From the NCBI GenBank assembly GCA_038063875.1, contig JBBTUH010000028.1, forward strand, positions 17,046 to 81,045: a stretch of 64,000 nucleotides of DNA, given 5' to 3'. Both the position numbers and the translations under genes were made by a program. The stretch is from Patescibacteria group bacterium (GTDB lineage: Bacteria; Patescibacteriota; Microgenomatia; UBA10105; UBA927). Position 1 is the stretch's first letter. Every line of letters begins with the position of its first letter. Positions 47,101-56,100 of the stretch are shown here, piece after piece. The notes beneath the pieces are model-generated. The model did not search any database, was not told the origin of the DNA, and was given only the letters and a program-made list of their open reading frames with translations.

Positions 47101-50100
47101 GTATGTGTGCTTCAAGTGCTGTGTGAATCGTGTTAAATGATAATTTTGCTTGTTCCATAGCTGCCGCACGTTGTTCTAATTCTTGTAGTTTTTGTGGCGC
47201 TATCACGGTCGCTACATTCGGTCGATAAATGGTGGCAGTCGACAAATTAATTACATTTCTGTTTCGTTGTATAAATGCTTGTTCTGTACTCCCATTTCGT
47301 ATCGATAACCCTTGTGGAAATAACAATACTGCACTATTTGATGGATCATACTTTAGAGTCGAACTATCAGCTCCGCGTGAAAAGAATACGTCAGTAGAGT
47401 TTGCTCTAAAAGCATATGCAAAATCTGCCGGATTATCGATCCGTAAATTATAGGTATTTCCATCTGATGCAACATAACGAACCACATCCCCTGTTTTTAA
47501 CCCATCTGTTATGTTTACAATGCTGAGCGCTTGATATCCTGTTCCTGTCACAGACTCATTTTTCATTGCAGATGCCCGCGCAAGTACCGCTATATTTAAG
47601 CTCTGTTCTGCTTTTACCAGTGCAGCAAGAAGTACGGCTGGGGCAGCAAGGGTGTTACTGGTTGGACTTACTATTGCACCCTGTGGGACAGGCTGATCTA
47701 TGGGTATTTTGGGCACTTGTGCCCGTGACGGGACAAATTTTACTAGATCTTGAGGCTTCAAAATTGTGGGTATAAATGCTTGTCGAAATGCTTGCCAATT
47801 TTTGGCGATAAACTGTCCAAAGACTAGGGCTCTACTTGGTTGTGTCGCATTTGTAGCTTGCTGTAGTCGTGTTTGCTGATATGCAAGTACTTTTTGTAAC
47901 GGTGCCTCTTCAAGGCTGGCGATCAGTGGCGCCGTGATAGCCTGACTCATCTCTTCTACAAGCGCTTTTTTGTGCTCTACATCTCTCACTTTATCTAAAG
48001 CACCATCAGAAAACGTTACTATTTGCCCTATGTTCGCCTCCATCGCGATACGCAAATCAGATTGTGCATTTTGCAATGCTTTATTCTTAAATATCACACC
48101 GGAAGCAAGCAATATTTGATCTAGTGCTTTGATAAGCGTTTCTTTCTCTCCTTTTGTTTGATCTAAAATAGTCGCCTTGGCTTGATCACTCTGCGCATTC
48201 GTACCCATGAGCCCAACTTGACGCGACACTGCATTTTCATACGTAACCATGGCTGCCGCTGCGATATTGAGCCCTGCTACAGATAATTGATTAATATTTT
48301 GTATACCAGATTTTGTCAGTGAGGATTTTATGCGCTTGATTGCGTCCGCTTTCAGCGCATCTGTGATTTGCGCATCTGTACTATTTGCTATGGGTGCAAG
48401 AATGGTCTCAATTTGAGCTATTTGTGTATTCAATTGTTCTAATTCAGGTGAATCTGGCAGAGCTAAAGATTTCTGAACTATAAACGTCTGCTGTCGCACG
48501 ACTAGCCTCGATCGCTCTTGTTGGGCAAGGGAGAGTATGTGTCGTTCTTCTGGGGTTATAGATTTGCCTGAGATTGCTTTCTCCATCACCGTTTTCGCTT
48601 GACCTATCGCATCTACAGCGACTTTTGTAGACTCCACACTTCGTGCCGCAGCTGCTCGTTCTAGCTGCGCAATTTGCTCACGCGTGGATGTTTGTGGTGT
48701 TTGCCGACCCTCACGGCCTATGGTAGCTGCGATATCTGACTCAAATATCGCTTTGTTTATAAGTGCTGTTCTATCTGTAATGCGTGTCGCTCCCTGCAAA
48801 CTTGGCCGCACAGTGGACTCCGTGGGTGATCCAGCTTGAAGCGCTATTGGGACATCTTCATAGTTATAAATATTTTTTAGATAATACTCACGCACTTGTA
48901 TAGGTAATTTTGTAAATTCGGGGGTCGAGCGAATGCTGTTTATAAAATCGCGGGTCCGTGTAGCTGCTTTTTGAATAGCGACTGTACCTACTTGGGACGA
49001 TTCCGTAAGTGCATCGTTTACTCCTCCCACCTTGTCAAACTGCAACTTTAATCCATCAGAAAGAGACATTTCTCTTCCTTCATAATTCATCGTAAAGTCT
49101 TCCCCACCATATTGCTTCACCATTTTAGCCAATGAATCAATCGTATTTTTGACCATGTCAGAGTACCCATGGATCAAACTATTCGTAATTGAAATTTGTG
49201 TGCTGGCTGTTTCATTGGCAAGAAGTCGACTCCCTGCCTCCTCCAAAGCAATTGGTGTTAAACCATCTGCGGCTTGTCCATCAAGAAGATACACAGTGGT
49301 TTTTTCAGGTATTTCTCGAAACCTTCCAATACCTTGTGCGGCTGATGTTTGTGTGAGCGTTTTCGAGCTTCCAAAAAGATACGATGCGTCAGAGGGTGTG
49401 AATACACCTTGAATATCGGTCCCTCTTCCAGACCCTTGATCAAAAATCATGACAAACTTCTTGCCTGCTCTATTTTTATACGCGTATTCTTCTTCAAATC
49501 GCTGTATTGCCGTTTTTTCATTGTCCCCAATAATAGTTCTTTTTATTTTTCCATCCTGATCATAAAAAACTACTTTTTCATTTTCCGCAATATTTGTATC
49601 ATTATTTATTACGATCATTTCTACATCATCACCTAATGCGTTTGTCTTTTTTCGAAGACTTTGCAAGGTTATTTCTTTTGAATAATCTGGCATCTCGAGT
49701 ACAATTCGAGCGACACCCTCTGTACCTAATTCAATATTCGCATTGTCTACATCTTTTGCCCCAAACCATTCCGAATACTTAACGGGTTTTGTACTCTCTG
49801 AGCCAAAAATCTGAATAATAGATGTGAGTTTTTTTACTCCCGGAACGACAAGTTGCATATCAAGCGATAATTGAGCATCCAAAATAATGCTCTCTGGAGT
49901 ACCGGTAAATCCATACAGTCTATCTGCATAATGTCCCGTTCCAAGAGTCTGTTTCCATGATGAAGATTCTCCCTGAAGGGATACCGTGACCTGATCGATA
50001 AAGGCATTCGCTTGATCATGGGTAAAAGGCTTATTGCGCAATGAATTTTTTATCATTTGGCCAACAGTATCAAGTGCTAGTGCTTCATAGAGCGCTTGTG

Positions 50101-53100
50101 GCCGAGTATTTTGAAGCCTCCCTGTCCCGTCGCCGTACACCAATATGCCTTTCGGATCGAATCCATATCCACTTGTTGATCTACTTGATTGCTCCACAAT
50201 AGCATTTACTACTCCCGCTCTATCACTAAATTCTCCTTTAAATTCGCTTGAAGCTTCGTTTCCTTGATGATATTTTTCAAGTGCGGCTATCACCTCTCGT
50301 GAATTTGTCCGAGGATTTCCTGCCTCGTCATGGGTAATAGCATTCTTCTGCAAAAATTCTTCTACTGTTTGTGTGTCTCCTTGCGCCCTCGTCTTTTCAA
50401 ATGCTTGCCTTGCTGCTTCTAGGACTAAATCTTTGTACAATCCTTTTGCCAAATCTGTATCTGCAAGGGAGACGCTTTGTCCTTTTTGTACAAAAAGATC
50501 CTCTCCTATAGATCCTCCATTTTTCACGGTGCTCGCCTTTTCTATGAAATTTTTCGCTAAATCAGAATTAAATACGTCTCGATATTTTTGCGTTCGTATG
50601 GGATCATAGTCAGCTGCCAATCGTGAATCACCGCCGGAAGAAAACTGCATGCTATTTGCGATCACATCAAACTCGTCGATAAGAAGCATGGCTCCTTTTG
50701 TCCCCTCTCGAAACCCTTGCGTGAGAAGATCAGCATTTCTAGAGGCATGAAACTCATAAGGGGTCTCCAGCGTCGGGCTGTAAATGATGTCTGCATCGGA
50801 AAGTATTTGTTTGGCAAGTACATCATTTTGCCCATTGGTGATCTTATGAATACCTTCCGCATCGGCATAAATAATTTCTCTTCCCGAAGGATTGTAATAC
50901 ACTGCCTTTACACCGTTTTTATGGTGTACTAAAGGACTGTAGTCTTTCATCATACCCAAAACATCAGCCCACGAAGTAGCAAGAACGTTTACTTTCGCAC
51001 CGGTGAGCTTTACTTTTGCATCAGCAATTGCATTAAGAAGAAATGCAGATTTTCCTAAACCCGTCTGCCCGTTAAACAAAACACCTTTGACTGAACCAGA
51101 TATTTCCGTATCAAACAATGCTTTAATAAAAATTTCTGACTGATCTACTCGGGTCAAATGATCAGGCCCAATCATTTCGGAAATTCTTTCCTCTGTGGCT
51201 GTCGATAAATTTTCTTCTATTTTCTTTAAAAAGCTCGATGCTTCTTCAAGCATTTGTCTCGCTGCTTCTGTAGGCGGCCTACCGACGCCTGATTCTTTTG
51301 CCTGATTATCAATCAACTCTAGCTGTTTCTGCGCATTTCGCTCAATATGAAACCCTTCATTCTTCATCACATCTGCAACAACTGATAACTTACCAAGCGT
51401 GTTTGCTATCGCAACTTGCTTTTCAATCGATATTTCCTTCGGTCCAAACCACTTATATCTAAGGCTTGATGTATACGTCTTATCTTTTGCGTTTGCGATT
51501 GCCAACGCCTCATCGGCTTTCACCGTCAGTTCTTTTATCGCTTTATCAAAGGACTCAATATCTTTTGTTTGTTCAGTGGTTGGAGCTCCTCCTGCCTTTT
51601 CTACCAATGCACGTCTATTGGCAACAGCATCAGTCACCAAAGTAAGTGCGTCTGTATACTCAAGTCGCGCAGTATATACTGCCTCACGAACAGATTTCCC
51701 TGTTATAGCATCACTTATTGCTTCTCGAATCGGCTTCGTCGCCAAATCAAATCTTCCTCGCAACGAGCCTGCCTTAGCCAGCTCTGCCTGTTTTGCTATA
51801 ACCTCTCCACGTATCTTTGCACTGTTTTGTGACAATGATTGCATTTCTTGTGATTTATTATTTGCTGCAGCTACAGATCGCTCAGCTATACCTTTTGCAA
51901 ATATTCCATCCGCTTCAAGTTTGTTGAGCGATTCAAGCGCTTCCTTCGTGCGCGCGAGCATGCGTTCCGTTTCTTTAATTACTGATTCTGGCTGATTTGC
52001 ACGCGCTTTTAATTCTGCCAAATAGTCACTTGTTGCTTTGAGTGTTTTTTCATATGTTTCTTTCACCTTTGGCAACTGCGATGGATCCTTAATCACTTCA
52101 TTTTCTATAAGAATTTGGGTTTGTTTGGCTTCCACGTCGACAAGTCCATCCTTTCCTTCTTTGCCATACTGCAATTCTCGAATAGCTTGTGAGATCGTTC
52201 GCTCAATCGGTGTTTTCCGCGCTTCTATGGCAAGAGCTTTTGTAAGTTCTGTCGCTTGCAGTGCCGCAAGATATTTAGAAGACGTATTGCCCTCGGTACT
52301 TGCTATAGCTGAAAGTTCTTTGGCAGCGAGTCTATATGCCGCGAGTTCTTTCGTTTCTCTACCCGTCAATCTATCAAGAAGCGACCGATCAGGAGCACTC
52401 AGCGCTACTTTTTCCGCATTGTAACTCTGCTCTGCTGCTCGCACTGCCAATCGTGCTGATTCAACTTTTTGTATTGCCAACACTTGCTCAACCGGCACGA
52501 GCAACCCTGCTTGATTTTCAGTTTCACCCGTAGAAATAGTTCTCTTTACTACACCATCCGCATCTACAAATCGTTTTAAGACCTCCAAACTTTCCAAAAG
52601 GTTTTTGCCCACGACGGTTTGTTTGGCACTCGAATCATTCGCAAGCTGTTTTGAGAGCTCGAGCAGTTGATACGTCTCCCGCGCGACCGCATTTGTCGTA
52701 ATTCCGAGCCTGTTATTCACTTCAGACTGCATGCTCAATCTCGTCGCGTCTGTTATTTCAATTCCACCTATTGTTAATTTCTGGCCATTTTTCCAATTAA
52801 CAAGCGCTACCTTGTCCGCTATCGCTTGTGCCTGCTCAATATAGGGATTTTCTATAGTAGTAGGTTTACCAACGGCTTGTGTCTGTGCCAACTGCCCCTT
52901 AGAAAGCCCCGCCATCATGATAGTCGTTGCACATTGCTCAAACGGTACGCTTCCCGCAGCCGCTGCCGCACACGCGACTGCAGCTTGCCCGGTGTTTGTG
53001 TATAAATCCAAGCGTCCGATCGCTGTATTTGTCGTTTGCGAAATTATTGGTGACCCTTTTGGAACAAGGCTTGCAAGCCCTGTCACCGCTCGAGCACCCA

Positions 53101-56100
53101 TAACGGTTGCCATGCTAATGGAAAGCGCACAGTCGACCGTCAAGCGTCCTGCTTTACCACATGTGTCTGCTGCATTTAACGTAAATACTGTTGTTCCGAG
53201 TGCGTCACGGCCAATATGTGCAGCAGTGCTTTCGATAGGACTATATACATTCCGTATCAAACCACGTACGACATCGTCAGAAGAAGCGATAATCGCCTGT
53301 GCTGACAACCCTTCAGCATCTGCAAATGTTCTGAGTTTTAACACTGCATCATCAGCAGGAGCTATACGCGCGAGTATTTTTGCACCGCGTGAAGTTTTTG
53401 CCACAGCATCAGTCACAATACCGACGCCTGCTCCCGTTTCTACTGCTGCAGTACGAGCTAACGCGTTGACAGCTTTTAACCCAGAAAGTGATGACCATCC
53501 TGCAAACGCAGTCATACCAATAGATCTTCCACATGCCCAACCGTCCATACCTTGATACCATGTACACGCTTCTGTCGTGTCTTGCAGGCTTGTTCCCGTC
53601 ATATAAATTCCCATTGCATTTCCTGCAATTGATAAACCAGCTGTAGATACAATTCCTGTGCTAATTGCGCGAACAAGCTGAGCTCCGGGAAGAGCTATGG
53701 ATAAAAGTGTAGCTGTGGGTTTAGCAGCCTGCATGGTGTAACCACGAACTTGATCCCAAATTTCTTGGCCGCAATTTGAATTTTCTTTTACCTCATTCCC
53801 GCTGCATACTGCAAAAACATGCGCATTCTCTTTCAGTAGCTGGCCCTTGAGAAATCCACCATTTTCAAATTTGTTAAGAGCCAAGGCAGCGCTAACTAAT
53901 GGGCTATTCTTTTTTAAATCAGAAAGTGCTGCAGATGCCGCTACTGCGTCGTAGGTTCCATCCAACACTTTCTCAAACGTAATATCGACCCCTCCTGATC
54001 CCATAAGAAACTGGAGCTCTTGATCCCGAAGAAGTGCCGCCATCTGTATTTTTTGCTGCTCTATCGGTAACGTAGACGTAGTTTTGTTGTTCTCAAGATA
54101 AGAAGAAGCAATGATATCCGCCTGCTGATCTAAAAGAATCGACTTTTTTGCATCTATAGCTTCTGTGTATGCACGATTACGATAGTTTGCAGACGCACCA
54201 AACTGTCCTGTCACAGACGCTAACTCTGATTTGTATTTCTCTTGCCAAAGCGCCATTTCCTGTGCATACGTGTCTATATTTACGCCGCTTAGCGCTGCTC
54301 GTTCAAGCCACTTGGGATCAAAGGCTGCAAACCCATCTTTATTTTCTATGACATATCCGTACCCAGCGCTCATCCGGTCGGTCTCTGTATAGGCAGCAGC
54401 CACATTGTGCACCATATACTCGTATACATCGTCTTTTTTAGGATCAAGCGCGGCCGTTTTTTTCCACGTTTCAAACGCTTCCTTTTTTTCAGGATCTATA
54501 GCTAACTGCACCTTGTATTCAGAGAGCGCTATTGTAGCGTCGCTATACCGTATGTCTGCAGCTCGCAGTGCTGCGGCATCAAGATCCACTTGCGTTCGGA
54601 ATCTCTGGCTCAAAAAGGTATCGGGGTTTGCAAAGAAAACTGAACTAATCTTTACTCCTGCATCGATATTTTTATATTCCTCAATTGGTTTTATTTCTCC
54701 ATTCTTAATTTTTTCTATAAGCGCCGTCTCGCTATCCGTATCATTTGCCCGTACATATCCTGCAGCTTCAAATTTAGGTTTATGATTCAGATAAAATGAT
54801 AATTCTGATACCAGAGGGTCTTCTGCTGGAAGATCCGAAAAAATGCCTTTTGCCTTATTGTCTGCCACAAATTTGGTCACACTCCACCGATCAGCAGACC
54901 ACGCTTGCGTGCTTCGAACAAACGTGCTAAAAAAGTCATTTCCCTCTCGAAGCACTGGTTTGACTCCATCATCAGGTTTACCACTTCCAAACCAACCACC
55001 GGTAAGTACAACATCATTTTTTATGACAGGGTGCAACCGCTCTAGTTCTGCAATTGGATCCAATTGCCCTTTCGCAATCTTATTTAAATTCGTTTCAAGA
55101 TTGCCGGCGTTCTCCCATTCAACACGCAGCAAACCTATAGCCTTCTGTACCTCTGCGTCATACGTTTCACGAGAGGTGTCTTTTCCTTTATTTTTTGAGT
55201 CATTCTTCCAGTCTTCATATGAGACGTTCTGTGAACTACGCTCATTTAACGCCGTAACAAACGCTTGATCTTCTTTTGATAAAACTGCGAACACCTTTGC
55301 TGGGCGAAGATTTCTATCAGTGATTGTTCCCGCGAGTGCTGCCACTGCCGCCTCTGTAGTAGTAAATCGCGTTGTTGTAGAAATTTTCCCATCTTTTTTT
55401 GCCTGATTAAACGCATTCAGAATAGCTGCCTCATCTTTACTACCCATAAGTAATAGTTGTGATAACTGCAAATCATAAAGCCTGCTATTCACCGCACCAA
55501 GTTGGGTCGGCGCATTCTTTTTTGTAAAGTCTACAATCGTTTTGGTGACAAATTCAGGCTCACCACACTTATTCTTGTCCATTGTTGCAGTGACAAGCAT
55601 GCCGCAGAGAAGTCCCTCTACGCCAGGAGAGTCTTTATCAAGCATTGCAAGAAATATATCTGCACGCTGTGTCGCCACTTTTGCTGCTTCTGCAGCACCC
55701 AATAGTGGCGTAAGCTTCTTTTCAACTATATCTTGCGCAGTCTTAGTAGTACATTTCGGATCACCGTTACATAATCTTGTATTACTTTCATACAACGCGG
55801 TATATTTTCGCTGCTGTTGATATCCTTGATCAAGAATTTTTGCGATTTCTGCTTTTTGCTCCTCAGTCGTGGAAGAGGAGGCACTAACCTGCGCTCGTAC
55901 TTGCGCTTGAAGTGTTGACAACTCTTTTGACACATTTTGACAAGGATTTTCTGCTACTCCTCCTCTTCCTTTTATTGTTGATGGCTCTATTAAAGCCAAA
56001 CATTGCCCCATTTCTGCGTTTTTCAATACATATTCATACGTCAACTTCCCCAAAACAACCTCTTTATAATGAATTTCCCGTTTTTCTGCTGTATCCAAGC

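Noticed and set aside
49256-51103. Calling the embedded ATPase an actual SecA preprotein translocase
   Set aside because: Only the two-lobe motor motifs are present. There are no recognisable SecA wing/scaffold, C-terminal Zn finger or housekeeping context. It is treated as a SecA/DEAD-like SF2 module, not secA.
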